From Octopus bimaculoides (Eukaryota): a stretch of 54,020 nt of DNA. Position numbers and translations under genes: made by a program. The notes beneath the pieces are model-generated. The model had not been told where the DNA came from and searched no databases. It saw only the letters and a program-made list of their open reading frames with translations. This document shows positions 25,301-38,600 of this stretch, piece after piece. The stretch lies in the NCBI RefSeq assembly GCF_001194135.2, contig NC_068999.1, positions 26,520,274 through 26,574,293 of the forward strand, written 5' to 3'. Numbering within the stretch: the stretch's first letter is position 1; every line of letters starts with the position of its first letter.

Positions 25301-28300
25301 TTGTTAAATATGAAGTTTTTCTGTCAGCTTGCCTGTAATTCCAATGTACCTGTTGTGTAACTATAGTGTATATTAGGTACACCATATGCAATTCTTACCT
25401 ATTCCTTTTCTTCATATTGCATCTGGCTATTTCCAAGATGGCAGCAGAGTCCTAGCTTCTTTCTTTTTTAACTAAAAACATTTTCTCAGTTTTACTTTTA
25501 CAACTTGATTCTAGGCTTTGTTTCTATGTATAAAATTTTTTTCTGTGATTCTGTGACAGATTCATTAATAAGAACTAAGTTATAGCCAGACTCAACCCCT
25601 TCTGTTAGAGAATAATAATAAAGAGGGGATTGAAACTGAATCTTGATGAACACCTATCTGTATGCTAAATTCTTCATGAAACTCATTGCCAACTCTCACC
25701 TTGCTGACAACACCTTTACCTCTGTACTAGGCTTGCATGACTCTCACAAACCATTCATCTACCAAGTTTTATTTGTAATCAACAGATTACAGAGGGTGGA
25801 ATATTAAAAGCCTTCTTCAGGTCAATAAATACTAAGTACAGTGGCTTTGATTTTTCTATTTGAAAGCCATTAAACTAGCTTTGAAATTTATATTATTTTC
25901 TTGTGCATCATTCTCCTTTTTGTAGTTAATATCTTCAACATAAAAGAAAAAGGATGAAATAAGCACAATTACCTTGTTCTTAACCTTTTGCTGTCTGGAT
26001 CAGCCAATGGGACAAATTCCACAGAAGGATTTACGAAAGCAAGACACACCTAGAAAATAGTACAAACAAAATACAGACAAAAGAAGAACTTTCTAAAGTG
26101 TTATTTAATATATCAAGAAATGTAAAAAACATTACATATAAAAAAAAAACTACTTACAGGGCAAGTATAAGAGAAAACACTATGGTGTTTCAGTGACATC
26201 TGCAATAATACAAAAAAAAATATATAAATAAACTAAAATACATCAAAATTTATAAGTAAATCTGAAAGTTATGGAATAAAATGAGTAATCAAATACCTAA
26301 AGTATAAAGTTTGATCTTTGTTCAAAATATACATATTGTTATTCATAAAAGCATTGTGAACAGGTCATAACCTAAAAGGCCCCAATTACAACTATCAAAA
26401 AGTGTGCTGATGTAACCAATAAAAACTTGAAACTGAAAATGATTAGAAAATATACTTGCAACAGGCTGTCACATGCTTATATTTCTTACCTTGGTATCCT
26501 GACACTCTTTTCTCTCCCTCTCTCTATCTACATACATGCACTGTTTTGTATAATATACTCTTGGCTTTTCAAATCACATCTATTTCTAAAACAGGTGTTA
26601 ATCCTTGACTTAAATTTTAATTCAATAATCAACTGGATCAAAGGATGACTGAACTCATGCTCTTGGAGAAAGAATACTTTATACACATGTATACACACAC
26701 ACACACATACACATATCATCATTTTATGTATTTTCCATGCTGGCATGTGTTGGGGGGGTGTGACAAGATCTGACAGGTCAAAACCATGTTTCTGAGGCTG
26801 GTGGATGCCCATCTTAACAATAACCACTTCACAAGGTATTAGGTGCCCCTTTTTCACGGTACCACCAATAGAGGTAGTCTTACCCTTAGCAAAATTAAAA
26901 AGCACCTTCAAAAGCCCTACATTGTCAATGCTCAATTTGATTTATCAACCACTTACAGAGTGTACAAGGGTTTTTTTTCTGTACACCAACACTAGGCTTG
27001 CAAGGTGACAAAGAGACCCCATGACTGAAAGAGAAGATGTTAAAATATGATGAGAAGCAGATATAGTGTGGTGAGAGGAATGATAATGGAGAGAGCAACT
27101 GAGGATACTGTGTTCAACTGAAGGAGACAAAGCAAAAGTAACGCAAAGAGTAATGTCAGGAATTAGTGTAAAAGAGAGAGGGGGAGATGTTATATACCCT
27201 CATTTTATGCCCACTTTCTCCATACCTGCACAATTTGGACAGCATCAAAATCCGACAGTTATACAGGTTGAGTGTTGAGAGGGTGGGATAGAGGGAACTG
27301 ATAGAAACAGCAAGTGTGATGAAAGAGGGTAATAGCAAAGAAAGGGAAAGCAGTGTTGGTGTGTGTGTGTATGAGAGAGTGTGTGTGTGTTATAGTGATA
27401 AAGATGGTGAGATAGAGGTTTAATGAAGTAGTGATGTAGAGCTACTCTATGTTATATATGACCGGTGTATGAGAAGAGGTAAGTTAACATAACCAAGAGA
27501 ACATAGTAAGAGAAGAATCAGGGAGGGTGAGTAGAGGTTACCTCCCAACCCAAGCATCACAATTCAAGATAGAGGAATGAGTAGCAAGATATAGGTGGTA
27601 GTGGGGGTAGAGGGTACTCAATAAGCACAACTTGAGTGCTTTCCTCTGAAGTACTTGTGGTATGGTATGGTGAGTAGAAGTCATGCTAAGGAGATGAGAG
27701 AGTATTGAATAGATAATGGTCAGAGAGGTGATAGTGCACCATTCCACTATCTTAACCAATATTTTGCTAAGGTTATGCAAGAAGCCGAGTCTCATGCAGT
27801 ACCATGTGTTACCAGTTGACAGTTGTTAATAGTTTTTTTCCTACTGCAGTTTTTATGGTGGAAGGAAGACTGGAAGCAACGAGATGATGTCATGTAAGCA
27901 AGTGAGAAGAAAAGTTTTCTCCTGCATTTGGTTTTTCCTGGGGACGTGAGCAGTGACACGCCAGTCATGAAAATAGAGAGGTCGTGACAACATGGGTGAA
28001 GAATTGATCAATCTGCCGGCAGTATCCGATTGCCAGTCGAAGCAAGAACAATTTTATTTATGTGCCTTCAAACCACAAGCTATTTTGGCACATTGTTACC
28101 AGCTGTGGGGGTACGTCCGAGAAGTAGACATTTTATTTTTTGTTGTTGTTGTTCTTGTTCTTTGTAATTGCCACAAAAATCAGAATTGGAACCGGGGAAG
28201 GTGATATGGTGGCCTGGATAAAGAAGGTAAGATTAGTGGCGGATCTGCAGGGAATAAAAAAATGTGGTAAACCTTATGCTGTTGTATTTAGAAGGCAATG

Positions 28301-29966
28301 CATTGAATCTCAAGTTGGAGATGGATGAGGTGAACCAAGAGAGAGCAGAAAAAAATTGAACAGCAGCTGAAGGACATGTACACAGAGGGGACTTTTAAAG
28401 CCTACAGCAAGCTCAGGAAGGTTAGATGGACTGGCGAGCAGATAGATAATTATGTGAGTGAGATTGGTGGGTCTAGCAAGGTTTACTGGAGCAGCAATGG
28501 AGCGGATGGTGAAGCTGGCTTTTGTGACTGGTTTCCTTGACCATATCTTTGTATGTCTGCAGCAGATGCCGGACATCAAAATGATGTCGGTAGGAGAGAT
28601 GATTGATAAATTACATGTATTGATGCAACAGTGACGAAGAGGCGGGTAGTAAACAACGAAAGCAAGAGTCTGGTGAGGCGAATGATCAAGGGACCATGTT
28701 TCAGATGTCAAGGTCCGCACATGGTCAGGGAGTGCACGGAACCAAAGCCAATGGTTGTGTGCTTCCAATGCGGCCACCCTGGGCACATAGCAAAAAATTG
28801 CAAGCAGGGAAATGAAAGAAGGGGACTACTGCGCTGCTAGTTCCCTCCACTATCAATTATTATAATAATAATCCTACCATAACAATTCTGAGCGGCGGGA
28901 CTAGTAATAATTCTTTTAAGCATCAGTACCAAATAGAAGTGCATAATTCTAAAAACAAAATTATCTGTCCTTTAGAAAATTAGTGTTTAAGGAAAAATAT
29001 AGTGTAACAATGTAAGGTAATAACAGGGAATCATAAGGATTATTACATAGGTTTGCCTGCTACAATTTGAAAATCTAGATTTCATAATAATTCTCATTTA
29101 TTTAAGTATAGAAGAAAAGGTAATTCTACAAATCTTAGTAAATGCATTTGGGATTTAAAAAGGTAGGAACATTAAGTATGATTTAAAATGGTCCGGTATC
29201 AATTATGCACCATCATAAAATACTGTAATTCAAAATGTGATCTTTGCCTTGAGGAAATGTATTATATAATAACTTCTAAATTAATATTAAATTACAATGG
29301 TAATTTTACATTGAAATGTTATCACAAATTTAGAAAAGCATTTAAATATTTCAATTCGTAATTTCATATAATGTAATAAGCATAATTTTTCTTAAAATGA
29401 TTGGCATATTCAATAGATAAAAAACTAATTGTTGTGTCATAGAATCTCTATATTTCTAATTGTTGTAACATAGAATTCATGTTTATTTTTTATTCTTTTG
29501 CTATTCACTTATGTCATCAAAAGTTGAATATCAAACTAGCTTCTCTTAGGATATTTCTTCCTAATGTTCTTTTTGTATGTGTTTGTCTACTAGAGATATT
29601 TTCTTAGTTCACTTTGAATTTAACCAATTTGGGACTGCCTTGATAACCTTGTGTTAATATAGATTTTCAGATATATCACTCTGACTGATATTTTCTGTAT
29701 CTAAATATGTTGATACAATTGAAATGATCGTCAGTATTGTATAGTTGAATCACCAATTAAAGATGTGATTTTCTCCATTCTTATACTCTGAATTTCTTGA
29801 AATTCTTGTAAATGATATTTGGATCTACTTATCATACATGAGGATTTACCATGGATGTTTATTCTTCTTGCATTTATTGGTGCCTGATTGTTTGACTTAG
29901 TTAACCTAATTTGTTTAATACAGAGCTTTATTGATATTTGCCTGGAATTTTTAATCCCTTTCACTT

Positions 29967-30010
<44 letters not shown>

Positions 30011-30973
30011 CTTCATCCTCTGACACAAGTTCTCTTCCTCAAATGTCCTGTCCCTCTCATAATTCCTCATCTTGTGAGTTACTTGGTTACCCTGCCTGTG
30101 TTAGTGCCACATAAAAAGCACTGAGTCCACTCTGTGGAGTGGTTGGTTTTAGGAAGGGCATCCAGCCATAAAATCCCTGTCAAACAGACACAGTAGCCTA
30201 GGGTAGATTTTCTACTTGGCAAGCTCCCATCAACCACCCTACCCATGTATGGAAGATGGATGTTAAACAATGATGATGATAATATATAATAATCAATTAA
30301 GGAAACAAAAGATGGATTTGATATTAGTCTTTATTTTGTACAACGATTGTTTTGGCCAATCCTGTGACAGTCTTTTATGGGTGGGATGATGTGCATCATA
30401 TTGTGTTGCATCAGTTTTATCATCTGGGTCATGTCAAATATAAACATGCATGCCTGAACTCAATATTTTTAGCAAGACACCACTTTATGTATGCATGTAC
30501 CTGATGTGACCCAGGCTGCAAAATTGATGCAACACAATATGATGCATATCATCCTCCCATAAAGGACACTTGCAGGATGGGTTGATAGAATAAAGATTAA
30601 TACCAAATCTATCTTCAGTTTCCTTAATTGATTATCTCAACTAACCATGCGGAATTCCTGAAGTAGATCCAAGGGAAATATACTCCAACTGCGGATGACA
30701 CCAGGCAGTCCAAACCGTGCTAGTGCTTTACTCAACACATCAAAATATTGACAAATACCCATTAATCCAAAAATTACACACACACATATCTGAACCACTG
30801 AAATCTACAAGTTTTTTTTATTCTCTCTCTTTATTTTCTCTTAATCCTTTCTGTTGAGAAGCATAGGCTCAAAACATAAAAGACCTTTTCATTTTCCTGA
30901 GCATCAAACTAATACACTTGCTTGTTGTTCATATAACTGTGTGTATGTATGTATGTACGTGTGTGTGTGTGTG

Positions 30974-31005
<32 letters not shown>

Positions 31006-32636
31006 TACATACATACATACATACACACAGACACACATGCATAAATATACATGTGTAAAATATGTCAGAATTTGAACAAGTTTGGTGACACTGCTTTTTT
31101 TAGTAGTTAAATGTTTAAATTTTTTTAGGTGTGTATGTTGTCATTGGGATGCCTAAGCAGGTTGGTAAGACATCATGTGGTGTTGGTGTGTATAATACAT
31201 ACATTGTTTTGGTTCTGTGTATAAAGTAGAAATTATGTTAAAATACTGCTGAGTTACTACTGCCCTTCCTGAACAAAAAATACATTCAATCACAATGTTC
31301 TTTCACACAAAATCTCATACTGCTGTCAGCCAAGTTGAGGTATGGCTGAAGACAAATTGAAGAATAGAAGAAAAAGATGTAATGACATGCTCCAGCAAAT
31401 GGTAAAATAGAAGTTTGTGAAAAACATATCTATTCTATGAAATAGCTGTATGAGAACATTTACTTACTTCAAGACAACTATGACAAAAAGTGCCACTGCA
31501 AGATGTGTGCACCATCAAACTTGTATCAAGTAATTCCTCCAAACAGATGGCACAAGATCGCCAGTGTTCAGCAATGGATGATAAATTAGCAGAGGGTGCA
31601 GACTCCCAACTCATTGGAATGGCTGGCCTTTTGGAATTATCTGTTGTCAAAGACCAATCCCATATTTGGTCAGTCTGCATAGAGTCTGGATCAGGATCAT
31701 TAGTTTTGGACTGAGTTGTAACTGATGAAGAATCACAAACACAAGCATCATCTGTCACGATTGAATCAGGGAATGCAGAGGTAGACATGTTTGTTGTTAA
31801 TGTAGACTGGCTCTGAGGAGTTAATACAGGATCCAAAGATGGCCGTGATAATAGTGGAAGGTTACTACTATCATTTGACTGTGGAGTTACATCAGATTCT
31901 GTTGTGCTCATTGATGTTGTCTTCTGTGGTGAACAGTTACTGGGGCAGAAAGTATCCATATTTGAAAAAATGTCAGGAGATTTTGAAGAACTAGTTTGTT
32001 TGGTGGCAATGCTTTCTTTAGTAGCTAAACTGGAGTTAGCTGTTGGCAGCTTTCCTAAATTGTCTGATGGGGAACTGTCCAGTGAATTTGGAGGAACAGC
32101 CATTTGAAAGGCATAAATTTTTCGAGCAGAATCATTGACAAACCGGAGCAATATATTGTCATCCTAAAAAGAAAATGATCAAAAGAGAACTATATGAAAT
32201 GCTGATGAAGCAGTAGTAGTATTAGTTATCCTTTCTGCTATAGACACAAAGCCTGGAATCCTGGGGAGGGGCTAGTCAATTACATCAACTTCAGTGTGCA
32301 ATGGGTACTTATTTTATCAACCCTGAAAGAAAGGCAAAGCTGATCTCAGTGGAATTTCAATGCAGAACTTAAAGACAGATGAAATGCTGCTAAGCATTTT
32401 GTCCAGTGTGCTTATGATTATGCTAGCTCGCCACCATAATAGTAGTAGTAATCTTTTCTACTATAGGCACAAGACCTCAAATTTTAAGGGAAGGAGCTAG
32501 TTGATTATACTGATCTCAATGCTTATCAACCCTGAAAGGATGAGAGGCAAAATTGACCTCAGCAGAATTTGAACGCAGAACGTAAAGACAGACGAAATGC
32601 CGCTAAACATTTTGTCTGGAATGCTAATGAGTAGTA

Positions 32637-32672
<36 letters not shown>

Positions 32673-35600
32673 GTTTCTGATATTGTTAGAAAACAAACTA
32701 TATCTGATACATATTTTATAGACCCTGCAGAAATAACAAGTGAACTATAGCGTAAACTGTAAAAGGAAAAGAAAAAAACCTTGACTCCACATAGCAATAA
32801 TGATGTCAAGAATGATATTAACAGATCCGAGGTCAAGACATGCAACCTTGGATCATATGGACAGTTTACTAAAGTCATAAAGCATTGATCTCCACAAGAT
32901 ACCTAACTGATAACATATATGGTATGGAAAATAAACAACAATAAAACAAATTGGTCAAATTTGCAAAAGCCATCTCATCAATGCTAGGGTGATTGAATGG
33001 ATACAAAAATATAAAAGGTCTAATATTGTGAACTGGAACATTCAGATTCAACTGTAAGGAATGCAGTGGTATTCAAATGATAAAGCGTGAAGCATAAACT
33101 CTTTGGTTGATAGTCTGGCACCCGATTAATGTATTAAGCTGTGATTCTCATAAAAGATTATATATGAAAAATGTAAATTGTGGTGGTTTAAAGAAGGTCC
33201 ATAAATTTATAATTAGTGTTAGTCAAGGAAGACAGTAAAGATGATAAAAATACTATTGTTACAATGGGAAAAGCTTGACCTTTCAACTTTTGGCTATCCT
33301 AAATGTATTAAAATTCTCCAAATGGTTAAGTAGAGTAAAACAGATGGAGAGCTATATAGGATCATTCAAGTGAAATTCAACAAGGGTCCATCGTGAAGTT
33401 TCTTAGATTTTCTTCAAATTTACACTATTAGTTAATGACAATGGGAGGAGTAATTCCTGAAAATTTCAGCTCCATAGTCAGATTTTATGGTCATTTAAAG
33501 TTTTAGGAAATTTCCAAAATAATGAATTTATTTTATTTTTAGGAGCCCATCATTCTAAATAGGTTTGATACCATAAGCAAGCAAATAACTTTTGATTTAT
33601 TTTGTTTTTTACTGTTGCATGTTATTTCTGTTTTTTTATTTTGCTAGTTTTAATTTTTTTTCAATTTTTGAGGGAAAAATACAGTCTAAGAAACCTTTTA
33701 TAATTGTCTTAACTATCAATATGAGACTAGTAGAATTTTTGACCCCATGAATCTATAAAGGTATTATAAAAGGATGAGGTTCTATTTTCTGATCACATTT
33801 TTGTTGCTGTATAGTCAAGAGGTCATTGTCCAAGGATTTTTAGGTTTGAAAGTTTTCCTAATTGTTGCATATTGATTTCTGGGGCTCTGAACTACTCATA
33901 AAAATGGAAATTTCTATTTTCAGGGGATGAAAATTGATATTTAGAGTAGTTTTAAATGCTGTATTTTTACATTTCTATACTCACCATTAGGTGTATTTTC
34001 AGAGTATATATAGTTTTCACTTTATTGATAAGTTAGTCTGATTAAAAAAAAAAAAAAACCCTCAATTTTCAAACTTTTTCACAGAACCTTGTTAAATTTC
34101 ACTGGAATGACCCAAATATTTCCATCAGATTGGCTGGGAAAATACACAAAAATAACGAATGACAATATCAAGGATAAAAACAATAATACATGATCAATTA
34201 AAAAGCATTATGAAAGCTCTTTGACTTACAAGGACTCGTGAAATGTAATTGTTAACTACTTCAACCATGATGATATCACAGTTTTGCTGGCCTGCCATCT
34301 TTCGCAGTTCAGTTTTGGCTTTATAAATGTTGTCATTTTTGTGCAGTTTTAAGAGATACCGTATGGGCGGAATAGTACGGGTTTGTGTAATAAATATAAC
34401 ACCTGAAAAACATAATTTCAGCCAAGTCTTAGACAAATTTCTGAACATGCACATGGATAATAGAGAATAAAGAGCACCGATTCAAGACAAACAATCTAAA
34501 AAGACTAGAGTGAGTTATGAGAAATATTATTCTAGTTTCTTGCTGTCATCTTGATTTTATAATATGGTATGAACTCAATGACATAAATTAAGAAAACACT
34601 AAGGCACTTCACTCAACTGTTTGTCCTCCATATACATCTCATATTTATATTAGCTCAATCTACAACTCAAGCATACTACAAAATTCTTCTTACACCCAAT
34701 TTTCTACAGTTTATTTGTGCATTAACAATACACATCCAATAGGTACACAGAATTTCTTTTCAGCTGTCATGCATCCCCTGCCCTTTGCTTTTAATGTCTA
34801 TGTTTTGTTATCATGCAGCATTGCACTTCATATGCATGTGTCATACAATCTATCCTTCACATGGAGTAATAATTCCTTTATTTCTAGGAGAGTTAAGAGT
34901 TTCCTGAACTTTTTCAGGCTTATGCTTTTTAACACCCACCTCCATTGCTACTTAAGTTACCTCAGTAAAAGAAACTATTGTAGCGAACTCATAAGAGGCG
35001 GAGAGAGAACATAGGTTCGTTTGCCCGAACAGGAGAAATTGTTGATTTCTCATTGGTTAAAAATTACTGCCCATATACAAATTCTAAACTTTCATTAAAG
35101 AAATCTTTCATGAAGTACGGTTCTTAGAATTCGTGTATGAGCAGTTATAAAAACCCTGATTTTTGGGAAACTCTCCAGTGATTGTTGGGTTGTCAATCAA
35201 ATCCATAACACTCACCCTCTTGAGTATTGGCTAATCTTTATGCCATGTTCAATACTCAAACCTAATAAGATTGAATTGTTGTGAACTCTAGTAGTTAGTA
35301 TGAAAGATTAGTTAGTGTGAATTTTAAGTTGTAAACATTAAAAATAAGATACAGTATTCGTCCCCGACCGTCACACTATCAACTACTTCTCGGGAGTCTT
35401 CCAAGCATTTCAAACAATTTATTATATGGATACTCTTATAGCTAACCACTCCTGCACCCCATAGTTTACATTGAGTAAACCATATATAATTCCTACGGAC
35501 TACTTTCCTGCATACTGATAATGGCTGCTTTCCAGATGGCAGTTGAGTCCTGTTTTCTTTTCTACTCCTTAAAAGTTCCATCTTTATGAGGTTTACTTGT

Positions 35601-38600
35601 AGACCTTTTGGTTCTAATTTTACTTCCATGTTTCCAATTAAAAAAAAAAATTTTTGACAGAGAACTAAGTCAACAACATACAGAAGCTCTGACAGACTGC
35701 TGGTTTCAAACTCATTTGTTATTGCCTGGAGGATGCTGAGATTTGAATTCTGATAGACATCTATCTGCACACTAAACTCTTTGCTGAATTTGTTGCTAAC
35801 TCTTACCATGCTATTGTAATTATTTATATAATTTAAACTCAGCAGTGTATATTGACCTTCATCCCATGCCCAAAACTTTTCTATTCACTACCCATCTAAT
35901 CTAAAAGAAATAAACTGTATATAAAAGAATATCTTTAAAAAGTCGAAGATGGCTGGAAAGTCTAAATGTAATTATGACAAACATCAGTGAGATGGTAAAC
36001 AGTTTGTCAGAATCTGCATTGATACTAAACTGAGACTGCAATACAAACGTTCTGTCTTGAAGTGATCCAACTTAAAACTTACTATCAAAATTTTGTATTA
36101 ATTTACGTTTCAAGCACAGGATTAATAATGATAGTTACTTTACTAAATTCTTCATTATTTTCAAAATTAATTGAAACAAAGGCAGTATTTTCAACAGAAA
36201 TATGCAACAAAAGGGTTCAACACCCAGCAGTTATTTTCACTACATTTGTGTCTAAAAATTTTAGGCAAAATATAAACATTTATTGTCCCATCTCCCATTA
36301 ATCTTGATATGTAGCAGTAAAGAAGAATAAAAGACCACTTTAGGGTACCATCACTGAAATACCATGACATATTCAAAATAGATAGCTAAATCTATGTTGT
36401 GATTATGTACATAGGATTTTTGATTACTGACTGATGGTTCTAATTACACCAGCAGAACTGCATAATGTTTCTGACAAAAATAGCTTTCAGTGGATACATT
36501 TTACAAAGATGTAAATAAGTCACTTACGAATTTGATGTTAGGAAAAGATCATTCTGGTTTTGATAAAGAACAAATGTTAGCCAGTACTGTAACAGTTCAA
36601 AAGAGCAGTAATAAATTCTAATGCTTTTAAAAGATAAAACAAGAAAATTAAGTTATGTAAACTCACAGAGTTGGCGTTCCATAGCATGAGGTATTGGTAC
36701 TGACAAATACATAAAAGGCTCATAAGTTACAGATACATGGCAACACTCAGAGCAGATCACCTGAAGTTTAGAGACATCGGATTAAAGAAAACATTTTACT
36801 ACATATATAACTGTGCAATTTAATATAAGAAATTATAATTTTCAATAAAATTGCTAAGATTAACTTTACCATTTATCAATTTGGTATTGATAAATTATGA
36901 GCAGTAGTGTTCTAATGTTAATTCAGTCAACTATAATCCACCATTGTAAAAGTTGGCTTTGCGTTTAGTCCAAAGAACAAGTATTTTAAGGTTTATCTGG
37001 CCAGATTGGTACCATTATTCCCAGTTTCTCAGGTTGGAGCGAATAGTTTCTTAAGTATGAAATAGTTTTATCAAGACCTAAGTATCATACTGAAGTTGCT
37101 GTGACACATTATTAGGTTCATTTGCTGAACAGTTAAAGGGTTTAATTACGAAACCTAGGGTTATAGTTCAAAAACTCATGCACATATTTATGTATATGAA
37201 TAATATAAAACACAATCATACAATGACTTAAGAAGGAAAAATTGTAAAAATCAAGTAGCATAGGTAACTATGAATTTATTTCAACCAGGGTCCTCACAAT
37301 ATGAAAAATAATTTGAAACCAAATTCCTAATTTGGTAAATTTTAAAGGTTTTTGTTTCTTTTAAATAATTCAGAGTTATGAATTTCTTTGAGACATCCAA
37401 GCAGAATGTTCCACTGCTGGAAGCAGATTTAAAGCATTCCCAGTTATGTGAACCAGAGCTTAGGAAGGATTTGAACAGGGAGAGCCTAATAGACAACTTA
37501 CGGTTCATAACTCTGCTAAACATGGATTTGAAGATTTTGGTGAAGTTGGTAAACATGCTGGCGTTTGTTGTCAGTCATGTACAAACTTTGCAATTACTGT
37601 CAAATCTATCACAACCTCCACTTCATATGGTACATTGTAGAATAGATTTGGAATAGGTCTAGCTTCAATAGGGCATTGATTATTTTGGATACATCAAAAG
37701 CTTATGTCAGAAGAAGCCATCATTGCTTAGTGGTTGTCCTACTACAATTTATAGTGGAATCTGTATGACTGTCCAACTACCTCTTGGTAGTTTCATACGA
37801 TGCATCAAGAATATCACCGCTTTTTTCTTTCATATGCTTTTGGACTGGAGCCATTTTCATGTGACACATCTTTCTGCAGCTTAATGCCAAGTATGCACTG
37901 CATTCTACCAGCTAGACAATGTGACAGTGAAAAGTGAACAATTGCACTTCATAAAGTTAAGAGGAGGACACGAGCAATGATAGTCTGGGATTGATTAGGG
38001 TATTGAAGAAAACAATCTGAGCAGTCTCTTTTGGAAGACTTTCAGATTGGGGATTATAGATAATTTCCAAAAGTTCTCAGCCTGGTAGTGCTACAAGGGA
38101 ACATTGCTTACTTGGGATATAAGCTCTACATTTACTGAAGCTACAGTGGTGAAACCTTTATGAGATGAATGTAATTTTCAGTTACTGTGAATTACTGACA
38201 TGTAGGTTTGTATTGAACAACTACTGTGACAAGGTATATATGTGTGTGAAGATAGGTCTTGCTGCCTTTCTTTGACAAAAAAAAAAGAAGTTATTTTTCC
38301 TCTATTTGATGGCTATGGCATGGAAGACACAGATAGAAAGGTTGAGGACTAGGCTCTTCCTCTTTGGTTAAATTCTCATCAAGTACTGCTTGAAGAGGAA
38401 AACACCCCTTAGTTGTGTATTTCATGTAAGGTGGGTGACAGCAGTTGGGTGATGGAGCTAAATTGGTCTACCCTGATAATGTGACTGTAAAGGACAGCTG
38501 GGAGAGGGCACTTTGTGAGCTTGATGTGGTAGAGTAATCTTGGACTTTGGTGGGTTTCGTCTCAAATTACACAATGTTCTCTCAAACAATGGGGAAGCCC

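Noticed and set aside
31468-31554. Zinc finger as a USP19-type MYND or a PHD
   Set aside because: Ligand order and spacing do not fit MYND; PHD needs His at ligand 5. CxICLE and CPxC favour RING-like, though this remains unproven.
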